A stretch of DNA of 64,000 nt from the human T2T-CHM13v2.0 reference genome, Homo sapiens: NCBI RefSeq assembly GCF_009914755.1, contig NC_060928.1. One strand, given 5' to 3'. The notes beneath the pieces are model-generated. The model made no database searches and was not told where the DNA came from. It saw only the letters and a list, made by a program, of their open reading frames with translations. Position 1 is the stretch's first letter. The number at the start of each line of letters is the position of its first letter. Positions 1 to 14,289 of the stretch are shown here, piece by piece. A program made the position numbers and the translations under genes.

Positions 1-112
1 CAGAGGGCAAAATTGAGACCCAAAGGGATTCAGTGACATCCCCAAATCACCCAGCCAGTCAGAGCATTAAAGGATTAGAATATGAGAATTACTCAATCCC
101 ATGCCAGGAATA
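1..112 (-). mobile_element. MIR SINE fragment
   Basis: Degenerate match to the antisense MIR core (aaattgagacccaaagggattcagtgacatcccaaatcacccagcc). Confidence 0.55.
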
Positions 113-1052
113 CCGGTCCTTGCAGAGGGTAAGTTCTGGGAAACTTTTACTTGTTATGTAAGAAAGAAATACTGTAAAAGACAGGCTTCCTAGAGATTGG
201 TAAGGGAACAACTGTTTAAATTACAGTACTCAGAGCACAGTCTCCAACTCCAGAAAACCACTCTTGGGAAAGAGGGTCCCTTTCAAGCCACTAACGCTGG
301 GGTTAAATGTATAATGTTTAGGCTAGAATATATTTTTTTTGCATTTGAAGTTGCTTGGAAACTGACTTTTAGGATGATATTATAAACATGAATGTTCTAA
401 TTAATATAATTACTTTTTTATGACTTAGATTTTTAGGATCTCATCATTTAATTTAATCATTTAATGAGGTTATCATTAAAAATACCAGTTAAACATCTAT
501 TAAATATGCAGAGGTTCTGCTTAATGAAGTCTGGCTAGTAATTGAGTGCATGCTCACAATAACCTGATATTTTCTCTCTAGTTTTTTAGTGAAAGCACCT
601 ACTGCAATACTTGGCATGTGGCAGATACATAATGGATTTTGATTTCTCTCTTCCTTTTCCCTTAGGAGCACACGTGACTATTTTTGACATGGGCAGGAGC
701 ATGCATATGTGATGTATGTATATGTGCATGTGTATGTGTGTGTATCTATTGATGGAGAATTGAGGACATGACTGCTACAAAAGCCCAGGCCCCAAAGGAC
801 CTGCTTTATGGCAACCCTATCAGTGGTGGTAGTGAAATGATAACCAGAATCCCCATCAGACACTTTACCTGTGCACTGTCAGTCCTGTTCTATAACCTGC
901 AGTAACACGTGTCTCCCCACCCACAGACCAGCCCCAGTCCTAACCATAGCTAACTATAGAAGGACCCTGAAACCAATGTCATCGGCCAAATCCCTTCTCC
1001 CTTTAAAGTAGTGATTCTTCTCTGGAGGGAAAGACCAATTAGACTTAGCTAG

Positions 1053-1210
1053 GGTGGTGCTTCTCAAACTTAATATGCATATACATTCCTTGAGGGTCTT
1101 GTGAAGAGGCAAATTCTGATGTTTTAGGTCTAAGATGGGGTCTGAGATTCTGCGTTTCTAACTGGCTTCCAGGTAATGACAAATGCTGCTGGTTCATAGA
1201 CCACACTGCG
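1053..1210. mobile_element. MER5A-like hAT-Charlie MITE
   Basis: gtggtgcttctcaaactt...taggtctaagatggggtctgagattctgcgtttctaac...tgctgctggttcatagaccacact resembles MER5A. Confidence 0.7.
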
Positions 1211-1676
1211 GGGACCGCAGGAAGGATCTAGGAAGTAACTGCAAACTCTGTATTGCTGCCCAAGGCCACCTCCTTTTACTGCAGTCATGAGTTCTTATAC
1301 CGGTGGAGTGTGTTAAATCTTTCTGGTGAGTTAGAAAAGAAAATCATTTATAATGAGAAAGCTATAGAGTTGGAGTGAGAATAAAAACAGAAGCATGGGA
1401 GAGAGGGAGAAAAGGGGAGAGAAGGAGTGGGGAAGACAGAAAAGGCGAAGTGTGAGTTTTTAGGTCTTTAGAGACATTCATAGTCAGTTCTTATATGACA
1501 GCATCCATTTTGCAGTTTTCTTCCCCCTAGAGTATTTTTCAAATCCTCATATTACAATTTTTATAACTAAATGTATTTCTGAAATTCCATTTCTAAGTAT
1601 CCACCATACAATAGACAATTATGTAAGGTTCTCTCCCACACCCTAGCCGCTAAGAAAATCAACAACTACTAACCTA

Positions 1677-2125
1677 TATCAAGAAAAAATTTCAACAAAC
1701 TGAGATTAAAGATCTAATTGGTTTTTATTAATGATTCATGAATTGGGCAACACTGCATCCGTAAAAAAGTCAGTGCTCCATTGAGCATGGCGGAACAGTT
1801 GGTTTTTATAAGGCAGCTTAAGCAGGGACAAGGAAATAGAATAATACTAAAAGCGGGTTGGTTAATAGCAGGTTAGTTTCTTGTAAGGGTTAAAGCTGGC
1901 ATACTCTGCTGGCTCAGGTTAACTGGGCCCTTTCCAATTGTTTGCTATGAATCTCCTGTTTTTACAAAAACAAACTAGTCTGTTGAAGGATTTTCCTGCT
2001 TCCTTGAAATTTCAGTTTAGTCATATGGCACTTAGCATGAGTGACTCCATTTTAGTTTGGTCTGTTGGGGTATGGCACAGGAGCTCAGTCAAAAAAAAAA
2101 TGGCATCCTATAATTTTATTTAACA
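1677..2125 (-). mobile_element. ERV1 solo LTR, MER31/MER67 group
   Basis: Minus strand begins TGTTAAATAAAATTATAGGATGCCATT...AAAATGGAGTCACTCATGCTAAG and ends with AATAAA...gttgaaattttttcttgata, typical of this LTR group. Confidence 0.75.
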
Positions 2126-2139
2126 CTTGTTCTCTGGAA

Positions 2140-2627
2140 CAGTGGTCTCCAACCTTTTTTGGCACCAGGACCGGTTTCATGGAAGACAATTTTTCCCTGG
2201 GGGTGGGGGTGGGGGTGGGGAGTTGGTTTCAGGATGATTCAAATGCACTACAATTATTGTGCACTTTATTTCTACAATTATTATACTGCAATATATAATG
2301 AAATAATTATACAACTCATCATAATGTAAAATCAGTAGGAGTCCTAAGGTTGTTTTCCTGCAACTAGATGGTCCCATCTGGAGGTGATGGAAGACAGTGA
2401 CAGATCAACAGGCATTAGATTCTCATAAGGAGCACACAACCTAGATCCCTCGCATGTGCAGTTCCCAATAGGGTTCACACTCCTGTGAGAATCTAATGCT
2501 GCCACTGATCTGACAGGAGACGGAGCTCAGGTTGGAATGCTGGCTCACCTGCTGCTCATCTCCTGCTGTGTGACATGGTTCCTAACAGGCCAAGGACTGG
2601 TCGATGGCCTGGGGCTGAGGATCCCCA
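2140..2627 (+). mobile_element. MER1A (hAT-Charlie non-autonomous transposon)
   Basis: Starts cagtggtctccaacctttttggcaccagg with a typical MER1A body. The 8-bp TSD ctctggaa (2132-2139) / ctctagaa (2628-2635) matches the Charlie NTCTAGAN preference. Confidence 0.9.
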
Positions 2628-2791
2628 CTCTAGAACATGGTGTGAAGATATCTGTGTATGGGAAGGGAAAGTGAAGCATCACCTACTTCCATTTGGATTC
2701 TAGCAGTAAACAAGCAACTGGTGTAAGAAAGCTTCTTACCTTTCATTTGCTCCATATGAACATAGTCTATGGAGGTTTTTCATCTGGTAAA

Positions 2792-3020
2792 CTATGCAGC
2801 AAAGTGGAAAGAGCCGGGATTTGGAGTCCAACTCTCCTGGGTTTTCATCCTCACAATTTGTGTAGCTTTAGGGAAATTACTGAAACTCTCTCAGCCTCTA
2901 TTTCTGCATCCATAAAATATGGATAATTATGTTCCATCTTATAGGTTCTAAAAAGAACTAAATGAAATAATACATGAAAGTGTCTATCCAGTGCTAAGCA
3001 CTATGATAGACACTGAACTG
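2792..3020 (+). mobile_element. MIR SINE
   Basis: agtggaaagagccgggatttggagtcc...ctatttctgcatccataaaat...aaatgaaataatacatgaaagtg follows the MIR consensus order. Confidence 0.7.
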
Positions 3021-3858
3021 ATAGAGGCTGACACTGATATTTTCATTTTAAAAATGAAAATCATTATTTTCTTTTAAAAGTGTGATAAGTGATGATGACA
3101 AACAAAAATTATATTATCATTATAAGTTATTATTAATTAGCCATTTTAAGGTTACATTTAAAAGGAAAGAGAATAAACCTTAAACACCATAATTGACAAC
3201 GTGACCCACTTCAAGCCCTCAGCATCCACCTGGGGTAAGCTTCCTACAGAATGTCTTCAAACCCACCAAAACAATATTTTAATTCTAGAAGAGTTAGGGA
3301 AAATAGAAAGAAATGTTAACATTAGCAATTTTGGCTTTTACAAGTATCCTATAATTTAAGGAGAAAGATACAGTTTCCATTTAAGAGTTAAGAACATTAA
3401 TGATAAAGCCTAACTCCAAGGTGAACATATAGTCACTGTAATTATTTAAATATCAATTACTATTAATTGAATACAGACAACCCTTATATCATTCCACTTA
3501 ATTCCTATCCACACCATCTGAATATGACGGCTACTCACTTTTAACTTCACAGAGAATTTCTCTCACACGGAAAAGATTGACTTTTAGACCATCTGGATAT
3601 CATCAGAAATGAAGATCAGAAAGAATAATGTACTGACTGAACAGACATCGAAACAGCTAGTGTGGTGGGTGACAAGAAGCCCATGTTTTTGTTTTTTAAA
3701 AAAACATTTTTGTCATTTGGCTCATATGTATTTCACATTTCGAAATATTTTGGAACAAGCATTTAAACTGTGAGATTAAATTTCATCATTATGGAGAAAG
3801 AAGCAGTCCTAATGGAAGGCACTGCCAAATCACCCAGACAGCTGACCCCTCTTCCAAC

Positions 3859-4052
3859 CTTGTTGTGTGTTTCAGGAGGGAAGCTCGGGTCAGAAGATTC
3901 ACGTGGAGTGAGACGGCCCACAAGGCAAATGGGGAGGTAATCATGTCTGATAGATTGGAACTGCTGAGAGTGAGTTCTGTCTAGCTCTGTGAGCATCCCC
4001 ATGCTGCTTTGAGAGATTCTTTCACCTCCCAAATCTTGCTCAATCTTTTCTG
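3859..4052 (-). other. Candidate internal exon of an unidentified minus-strand transcript
   Basis: Non-repeat sequence with several CpGs, acceptor tttttctttacatttggtag|CAG (NAGNAG) and donor AAG|gttgga. One frame is open, but I recognise no protein similarity. Confidence 0.2.
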
Positions 4053-4754
4053 CTACCAAATGTAAAGAAAAACTATTCTAGGTCCCTGATTCTTTACCAG
4101 GCAGAAATGGTTATAAGGAGGATATAATTCATGAACATTTGTAAACTACACATATAACCTGGGGCACACATTATTTCCGCCCAATCTATGATACTGGTAG
4201 AGAAGGAAGCAGCATTGAAACTTGGAGCTGCCATGAAGATGGGTAGTATGCGGAGACTGCAGGGCCCAGGCACCGGTTCCTGTCTTAGCCGTTAGCAAGG
4301 TAGAACCAAGAAATGCAGTCCCAGGCTGTAAGAAAGGAAAGGCTGAAGCCTAATGCGGAACTGCTGCAGTAGGGTCACATTACATTACACATATTCTGTT
4401 ATGGAAACCACGCCTTTTGGAGCAAGGTCAAAAGCAAATTATGGCATGTCTGGGAAATGTCAGGCCTTGGAGTTTTCCAAGATTTTCCCTCCCTTCTTCC
4501 TCATATTTATATTGCAGTCTGTGGCTGCCTCAAAACCCCAGCTTTCTTGAAGAGGGGAAAGAAGAAAACCTACACCCAATCATTAGTAAGTAAAACAAAT
4601 ATTCAAGTGCATATGTAGTTAATTAGGTTTCTTCATCAAGGTCTTTCACATGGGGACCTCACTCTGAGGCAATTTGGAGATGCTATATGAAGAGTTCGAT
4701 GGGTGAAAATAGAGCAAGAATAATTGATGGTCATCATATGTACGGTAGTGTACA

Positions 4755-5401
<647 letters not shown>

Positions 5402-7621
5402 TATCTTTTTAATAAGTAGACCACAATAAGGGCATAGAGTGACAGGAAGCTAATGGTTATGACAGTTGTTCTCAACCTTGGTTGTCTTTCACCTTTTTAG
5501 CTCAGAAAGTCTGGGATCGGGCCTTGGTACAAACTTATTTATTTTAAATCTCCACAGAATTGAGTTACAGATTTGAGCACTTGGCTGCAGAATCAAACCA
5601 ACATCTGTTCAACCACTAATTATGACAATCCCTGCCACTCAACTGTTCCCCACAAGATGCACAAGTTGCTTTATCTCTCTAAAATATGTTTAATATTATA
5701 CTTACATTGAACATTTATTGCAGAGATTAAGTAAATAAGCTTAGAGCTGGCACATTATATGCATTAAATAAACTATTACCTACCTCTCATTATTTATCAT
5801 TACTACTTTTCTTATGAGTAAATTCAATGCAGTTAAATTCTTCTAGAAGGTTGTCAAAGGACAGTATCACTGTTCTACAGTATTTGGGTTATATCAAGAC
5901 TTTACTCTGCGTTCTTCCTTGAGTAAATAAGTTCTGTCCCACATGTAACTAATAGTGAGCTATTCTATAAGAGGTTTCTGAACTTTGCATGTGGAACCTG
6001 GTTTACAATAAGTGAAATTGCCAAGTCACAGGGAATGCATATCTTACATTTTGATATATGTTGCCAAACTGCCTTCCAAAAAATTGTACCAATAACAAAC
6101 ACATGCATTTTCCAACTGAGCACCTATTATATTCTGGGAACTGTGCTACATCTCATTCTATTCTCAATACAATTGTACCCAAAGAAGATTTTATCTTCTT
6201 CTACTATATGATAAAATGAAGCTCAGGTGTGTCCAATCATGTGCTGAACTCATACTGGCAGTAAGTGATAGAGAAGAATTTGAACCAGATGCTTTCTAAC
6301 TGCACAGTGGAAAAAATATAACCCAGGATAAAAATTAATTTGGGGTGTTGAAATATGCCTACAAATCTATCAGATTTATAACTGAACGATGCTAATCTGT
6401 GCATTTGTTTAGTTGTCTGTAAAATGAGAAAGTTCAACTTAAGTAGCGTCTAAGGTTTCTTCTAATTCAATAAGTCTGAGTTTGGAAGTACCGTTCGGCA
6501 TCAGTCCTGAGGGAGGAAAGGATGTCTATATATAAGTATTTTTAGATCATGATTGTGTTAGTTGTTCTCCGTGTTTACTAAGTACCAAGCAAAAGAAAGA
6601 AATCCTACATAAATCCCAAAGGTTTTAGTTGACTTGAAAGAGGATCACCTAGGGATTATCTGACTGTCTCAGTGGTAAAACCCAGATATATTAATGGGTT
6701 CTCTGTCCTTAAACATCTCCAGCAAGGAAACAGACCATTAACAGTCATGTGTGGTTTGGGTATAAATATGTCTGAAGCTCAAAGCTTAACCAAATGATCT
6801 TTTGAGGTCCTTTTAGCATTATTTCTATGACTCCTACCATGCTAGAGATTCAGGCTTATTTCAAGGTTATGGCTGACACTGTGACCTTACTGACAAAGGC
6901 ATGAAAAAATTGTAATTCTGTATTCCCTAAAGTTAACATCATTTTGCCTGTTGTCAGTTCCTATACCTGTAATGATTCGGCACTAAGCTGACAACTTTAA
7001 AATGTTGGTTCTTCTTAAAAAACGTGGTTCACTAGTCCTCATCCCTGAGAGAGATTTTAATTCACTAAATGTTTGATGGGAGCAGGAATCTGCACTTGTA
7101 CTAAAAACCCCAGGAGATTCTAAATGAAGTGATTCCTGTGCACTACTATAAGGAGCCAATATTGCACACAGCTGATGCAGCAGAGGGGAGAAAGAGGCAT
7201 CATCTCTCATCTTGCAGATGCTCAATATATAAAGAAGACAAGTCATTACGAGGTTAGAATAGGTACTCTGGAAAAGGAGTTCCTTTGGGTATATTTTTCT
7301 GCTGCATGTCATTACTGAGTTATCAAAGACCATATACATTGTATTTTATTGTTGCTTTTGCTTAAATTATATTGTGAAGTTAAGCTCTATTTATTGATAA
7401 CAAAATAAATCAAGAAAAATGGTATAAATAAGTATCAGCATGAAACTTTTATAGTCTCTTTTGAGGGGCTTGCCATCCTTAGTTTCACAAACAACACACA
7501 ATTTCCTTCAATGACTTCACTATTTTAAAATACCATTTTACCATTTCTCAAGAGATAAAACTTGTCCACTGTTTCTTTTGGAGATATGTTAACAACTTAA
7601 TCCTATCCTATAGAAATACAT

Positions 7622-8530
7622 GATTCAGTCAATAATATTTATTGATCACTTAGTAATAGACATATATAAGTAAACAAAATAGACAAAACCACTGCTCCCA
7701 TAAAGCTTACAGACTACTAGGGAAAGTAATCATTAAATGTAAAATGTGAAGTATGAACAATATTATAAATACAAGTAGACGGTGCTATGAGAGGATACAG
7801 TGGAGAAACCCAACTATTCAACGCAGGAACTCATGAGATCATGTTTTCCTGAAGAAATACGTTAAACCTGAGACTTGAAGAATTAGAAGGAATTTGCTAG
7901 GGAAGAGAAGGTAAAGAGAAAAGCATGTGAAAAAAGACATACACATTCAAAGACCAGAAAGGAGGTCTGTGTGGCTAAAGCATGAAACCATCAAGACAGA
8001 GAAGCAAAAGAGAAAAGAGTCAATTTTAAGGCTCAGTTAAGGATTACAGACTTTACTTCAGATTCAGTGTGAAACCATTAAAGGGTTTTAAGCAGAAACA
8101 AAATAGATCTGATTTGTTGTTTTAGAAGATTACTTCTAGCTTCAACACACTGGTAGAATGGTAAAAGGGCAGAAACAGATGCTAGGAGATCAGGTGAAAG
8201 GCTCCTGAAGTGATCCAGGTGGACGATATTGGTGGACCCAAGTATGATAGTGGCAATGGGATGGAGAAAAGCAGGTGGATTCACACAATATTTAGGAGAT
8301 AGAATTGGCAGGAATTTTTGGATAGATTGGGTGTGAGGTAAATAAAGAGTCAAGAATACTCAGGCTTGAGTGTTGCTCACTAGCCTGAGCAACTGTGTAC
8401 CATTTCCTGAGATAGGTGAAGACAGAATAGGAAAAGGTGGTGACAAAGGGATAATGGATTTAGACAAATGACTTTCTAATGTCAATTCAGGAATATGAGA
8501 AATGTAGTTAATTGGTAAGTAGCCCTATGA
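7622..8530 (-). mobile_element. L2 LINE 3' fragment
   Basis: attcagtcaataatatttattgatcac (L2 3' end, antisense) followed by a typical purine-rich L2 body. Confidence 0.75.
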
Positions 8531-9142
8531 GAATCAAGCAAAAGAATATCCACGTCTCTTATTCAGTTCATGTCAATCATTATCATCTCTAAAGTACCAT
8601 TTAAGATGAAGCTCTTGATGTAGCATCCAATAAATGCAAGATCTCACAGCAATTTCCTGCCCAAGCTTTGACTTCCACAGAATTCTGAGCTTTAAATACC
8701 AACAATTTTCTAAGCTAAACCATACATTAAGTCAAGTAGTTTAAGGAGCATGTCTGTAATGATATTTGATCCGCTTTTTTATTCCATCTATGATAAACTC
8801 TTTCAGAGATGCCAAGATTGAATTAATTGACCACTGTATATTCATCATTAATATATCTTAAAAGGAAACAATATTGGAGGTATTGGAGGTATACAATTGG
8901 GAGGTATATAACAATATTGGAGGTATACAATTGGGAAACAGCTTCTTAAGACCTCAATCCTCTTTATTAGAAGCATAGTTGACATCTAGTAACCCCTTAT
9001 TACACATCATTCATTTTTCTCAATGAACAATTGAGACACTGGTTTTAATGATAATGCATGTGAAAAGAATACCCTTGATTTATTTCAACCTAATTGATGA
9101 AGAGTGTGTGCAGCAACATACCATTAAAAATGATACTTAAAT

Positions 9143-9582
9143 TACCCCAAATTGGAAACAACCCAGTTGTTCATCAACAGTAGAAGAAAGAAGTTGTGGA
9201 ATATTTAAGCAATTGACTACTCTATGGCAATGAGAATAAACTTAGTATGACTGCAGACAATAAAATGGATGAATCTCACAAACATAATGCTCAGTGAAAG
9301 AAGAGAGATAAAAACCACCACCTATAGTGTAATTCCATGTACCTAAAGTAAAAAAACAGGCAAAACTAATCTATGCTGCTAGAATGCAGGCTAGTGGTTA
9401 CCTATGAGAGGGCAGTGACTGGAAGTGGGGACACAGGATGAAAGGGTTCTGGGTGCTTGTAATGCTCTGTGCTGGCTGGTACATAGGTGTGTTCACTTTG
9501 TGAATATGTATCAGGCCTTATATTTATGATGTGTGCACTTTTCTGTATTACTTTAATATAGTTCAATAAAAATTTAATAAAA
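9143..9582 (+). mobile_element. Old L1 (L1ME-type) 3' end
   Basis: atggatgaatctcacaaacataatgctcagtgaaagaag...ggcaaaactaatctatg...gtgttcactttgtgaa...ttcaataaaaa. Confidence 0.8.
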
Positions 9583-10992
9583 GATAACATTGAGATCTTA
9601 TTTAGAGCACTCTAATGAATAAAAATACCAAAAGTTCCCTATGTTTAATCTCTGACTTAAAATTTATAATAGATACATAATTAAAAGCATTCACAAAAGC
9701 ACAGATTAAAAAAATTTAGAAACACAAAATGCTGATAACAAGAAGTTGTTAAAAATACTTTTCATAAAAGGTTATTGTGGCATTTAAAAGACTCTAAGTG
9801 AAGGATAAGACCACAGAAAGACTTCAGCCCTATGGAATACTGAATGACACTTCCCATAGCGATCATAGATAAATTACTAAATTCTTCAGTTTCAGTGAAA
9901 CCATATCTAAGAGCAGGATAATTCCTACATTCCTCATAGGGTGTTGTGCTGCTTAATTAATGTTTGTAAAGCACTTTCTGTTCCCTGGGTGAAAGGTACC
10001 ACTAAAGAGCAAAGTATAATTATGTTTTAATTGCAGGTCTAATTTTGAAGACGCCAAGAAAATGTGCCTATGAATAGTAATTTAATCTGATCACTCCATT
10101 AGAACTACAGCCACGATTTCTGTCTTCTGCCTGAAAGTATCACCTGCTATACTTGAAAAATGGCTTTTTGTTCATTTGCTTTTTAAGTCTTTCTTTCTTG
10201 GCTTCTCTATCTGTAAAATGGGGTAACATGCTTTCTGTTATCTACAAGTATTTCTTCATTCTTTGCAAAACGCTTCAGGGATCCTTAGATGAAAAGAAGG
10301 CACGTACTGGTACAAGAAGAAATGACGCCTCCAGCCACCTGGGGAGAATGGAATTGCTTTTCTCTGCAGGAAAATAAAGTGCCAGCTGTCCTGCATAAAG
10401 GCCGCTGAAGGGATGGTCCCTATAGAAGTCAAGGCTTAGAACAGCCAAGCTCCTGGAATAAGGACTTTTGGAAGACAGTTTGTTGGCACTCGGGCGTTAT
10501 ATTTTATTTTCTCAAAGAGACAGTTGATTCTACTCTCTTTTGTTGAGGCCACCTTTATTTCTGCTCTTAATCCAGACAGTTTACACTTACACAAAACCAG
10601 TCATCAGAAATCCACCAGTAAGTACAATTCAGAGTATGACCCTTTATGTATTATGAGATGACCAGCCAAATGAGCTGGGATCTTGCTTTTCTAAGCCATG
10701 AGCCTGGGTCTTTCATGGATCCTGACTTGGAGAGAGCAAATAATTATGCCACTATGGATTCCATATTTTAGAAGAGAAGGCATTTGTAAGGAAGAATCCT
10801 TACAATATCCAACAATATTTTTCGTTTCTCCTATTTAACAGGCTAAGTAAAACATAAAGAGACCTGCATAAAGGTTTTGCATTCCTTGATGAAAATTTTT
10901 AAAAACTTCAAATCATACATTAACTAACAATATAGAGCTTTTTAGAAAAGCTTTATATTTATTTCCCCCAACACGTGGACTTTAGTAATATG

Positions 10993-11325
10993 TTTTTTGT
11001 TGTTGTTGTTGTGTGTGGTTTTTTGTTGTTGTTGTTGTTTGTTTTTTTTGAGACAGTCTTACTGTGTCATGCAGGAGTGCAGTGGTATGATCTTGGCTCA
11101 CTGCAACCTCTGCCTCCCGGGTTCAAGTGATTCTTGTGTCTCAGCCCCTCTAGTAGCTAGAATTACAGGCATGCACCACCACACCCGGCTAACTTTTGCA
11201 TTTCTAGTACAGATGGAGTTTCTCCATGTTGGCCAGACTAGTTTCAAACTTCTGGCCTCAAGTGACCCGCTCACCTAGGCTTTCCACAGTGCTGGGATTA
11301 TAGGCATGAGCCACCACACCCAGCC
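10993..11325 (-). mobile_element. Alu (AluJb/Sz-type) with (GTT)n-derived tail
   Basis: Antisense Alu dimer ending gagccaccacacccagcc. Confidence 0.95.
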
Positions 11326-11745
11326 TGTCTTCTATTTAATTAATATATAGAAATATTTCTTATCATCCCTCTTTGATAAAAGTAAATAAATGTCCAGTCA
11401 GACCAGTCACCTCCCAGCTGCAGGTCACATTTTGGGGGAATACAAACCTGGAAATATCTGCATAAAATTTTTTAATAAATAACCTCCCTTTCTCCACAAA
11501 GACAAATCATATGGAGGTACTTTAAAAATAAAAAGCAGTGTATATCTTGTTAATAATAGATGTGACTTTTCAGTAGCTAAAACTCCCCTGAAAGACTAAA
11601 ATGTCTGTTTGAATACCTTTGAGCAACCATTAAAATCTTTCAGGGAAGAATACTGATGCATTCCCTTAGGAAAATACAAACCAGTCAAGTGTGCTGAGTT
11701 CGTGATGTATATAGAATATATATTAAAAAAGAGATGTATTATGTC

Positions 11746-11756
11746 ATATATATATA

Positions 11757-11802
<46 letters not shown>

Positions 11803-11860
11803 TCTCTCTCTCTCTCTCTCTCTCTTCTGTTGGCTCTGTTCTCTGGAGAACCCTAATACA
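11746..11860 (+). repeat. (TA)n(CA)n(TC)n compound microsatellite plus MLT2 LTR 3' terminus
   Basis: The microsatellite is directly visible and is followed by ttggctctgttctctggagaaccctaataca, the MLT2 LTR end that normally follows such a microsatellite. Confidence 0.75.
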
Positions 11861-11963
11861 GCTAACATAAACAGTCAAGTCAACATGAGCCCAATTCAAG
11901 GTAGACTGATTCAAATTCCTTCTGTAGGACCAATAAATTAAGAGAGATTCTAGAAGTTTATAT

Positions 11964-12371
11964 TGTAGTCCTCAGAGCCATCTACCAAACATTTCCAACT
12001 ATGACATCTGGGCATGATTTAATTATAAGAAGTATAATCTTTGTAGTTAGGCATGGTCATGTGACTTGCTTTGTCCAACAAAATGTGAGCAGAAATAATG
12101 TATGTTATTTCCGAGAACAAGTTTGAAAAGCCAATGAGCAGTGTGCCATGGCTGTCTTTCCCCATACTACAGCTACTGGCAATGTTCCAGGTGGCATCTG
12201 CTTTGTCAGCAGAAGTGCTGGAGTGATAATGCCATGAAGCAGAGCTCCTGGCTCACGTACAATGGACATGCACATAGTGTAAGGAAGAAATAAAACCCAC
12301 TGCCTTAAGACACCGAGATTTGGGGTCTGTTATGGAAACCATCGCATAACCAAGCCTCTCTGACTGATACA
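11964..12371 (+). mobile_element. MaLR solo LTR (MLT1I/J-like)
   Basis: catgtgacttgctttgtccaacaaaatgtgagcagaa...gaaataaaac...gagatttgggg...ctgactgataca. Confidence 0.8.
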
Positions 12372-13464
12372 GGTTTTTACCAGGGTAAAGACCTCCTTAG
12401 AACTTCTGGGAGGATGACAGAGGGTGCATGTTATTCCTATAATTTCACCCTCCCCTCAGTCTCACACAGCCTGGTCCTGGGCTGTGAAATCCATTTCCTT
12501 TGTACTCTGTGACACCTGGAGAGACTCTCAGCACTACTCTCCCAAGTCCCCAGCAAAGTCACCACTTCAAAGGACTACCAGCCCAGGCAGGTGACCTAAA
12601 TGAATAAGTAGACCATTGCTTGCATATCAAACATTTCTTAACTTCTCCTCTCTTCCTCAAGAAAATACTTTTCTTGAAACACTAGGTCCTTGTGACCTGG
12701 CATTCTCTTCTATTCAAAGGAACAGTACAGGTGTGATGATGAATTGTAACCACAACTCTATACCAGTGTTGGGGAAATAACAGGGACCAAGGGCAGCTAC
12801 AACCCCCTTCTGGTATCTGGTGTCCATACTGGAATGAATACCAAATGTTTTCACATTTTTTAGAAGCCAAAATTCTAGATTTTTATACTAAGTCTCCCAG
12901 TTTTCTTAAAACACTATCCATGCCAAAGAAAACACAAGTAGGCTGAATTCATTGCTCAGGCCCACTGTCTGCATTCCACAGGCATCTGCTGGTGAACCTT
13001 GTTTTATGCCTTTGTGGGGACAATGACTGTCATCCACTTTCAAGAAGCTCTAGATGGTCGAGCCAAAATCCAGGCCAGAACAAAGCTCAAAGCTGAGGAA
13101 AAAATGTCAATGCCCCTCTTCTTTTGGAAGAAATGTCCTTACGTTGCTAGCAAAAATTATGCTGCCCAAGACCAAGTCCAAGTCAATACCCTGATTTGAC
13201 CTGTCTATTAGTCTCACTGGTTCACCAGCTCTTGAACTCACTCTGTCTCTCTTTTTTCAGATTATTAAAGTAATTTATACCCACAACTGAAAATACAGAA
13301 AAGTGTTAATAAGAGAACAAAGGGCACTCATATAAGTCCATGACCCAAAGACAATTAATGTTGCCATATTATCATAATCCTTCTAGTAATAAATAACACT
13401 TGAAATATATTTATGTTTAGAACTCTGAATTTTTACCAGTTCTGTATTCTGATATTTTTATTAC

Positions 13465-14080
13465 TGTTGACAAAAAGGGTCAAACTCTGTAAAATATTTG
13501 AAGAGATTTATTCTAAGCCAAATATGAATGACCAATGGCCTATGACACAGCCCTCAGGAGATCCTGAGAACATGTGCCCAAGGTGATTTGGGCATAGCCT
13601 AGTTTTATACATTTTAGGGAGACATGAGACATCAATCAAATACAAGTTAAGATTTACATTGGTTTGATCTGGAAGGGCAGGACAACTCAAAGGAGCAGAG
13701 CTCTGGTTCATAGGTAGGTTTAAACATTTTCTAATTGGCAATTGGTTGAAAGAGTTATTATCAATAGAAAGGACTGTCTGGGTTACAATAAAGGGTTGTG
13801 GAGACCTAGGTTTTATCATGCAGATGAAGCTTCCACGTAGCAAACTTCAGAGAGAATAGCTTGTAAATGTTTCTTATCAGACTCAATATCTGTGTTGATG
13901 TTAATGCTGGTTGGATTTTCCTGAGTTCCAAAAGGGAGAAAGGTATAATGAAGAATGTTCACCCCTCCTTATATTAAGGCCTGAACAAGTTTTTCAGGTT
14001 AATTTTGGAATGCCCTTGGCTGAGAGGAGGGGTCCATTCAAATGGTTGGAGGGGCCTTAAAATTTTATTTGTGGTTTATA
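13465..14080 (-). mobile_element. ERV1 solo LTR, MER4 family (MER4B-like)
   Basis: tgttgacaaaaagggtcaaactctgtaaaatatttgaagagatttattc...ggtccattcaaatggttgg...ggtttata, with a perfect 4-bp TSD TTAC (13461-13464 / 14081-14084). Confidence 0.9.
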
Positions 14081-14289
14081 TTACCATCTTTTTTTCACTT
14101 CTTCATGGACCGGTCGAGTTTTAGATTTGACTTTTTTTTCAGTTTCCATTAAGAGAAATCTGTTCTTAGAATGTTTCTTCTCAAAGTGCTTTACTAAATC
14201 TTGTAGTAATCCTATAGCAGAGCTTATTCCAAAAGAGATATTAGGAAGTGATCTATCATTTGTAGATAGATAATTTAATAATTTTTTTA

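Noticed and set aside
869-896. 28-nt minus-strand microexon (ctgcag|GTTATAG...CACAG|gtaaag)
   Set aside because: No polypyrimidine tract, not frame-preserving, and such AG/GT pairs arise by chance.
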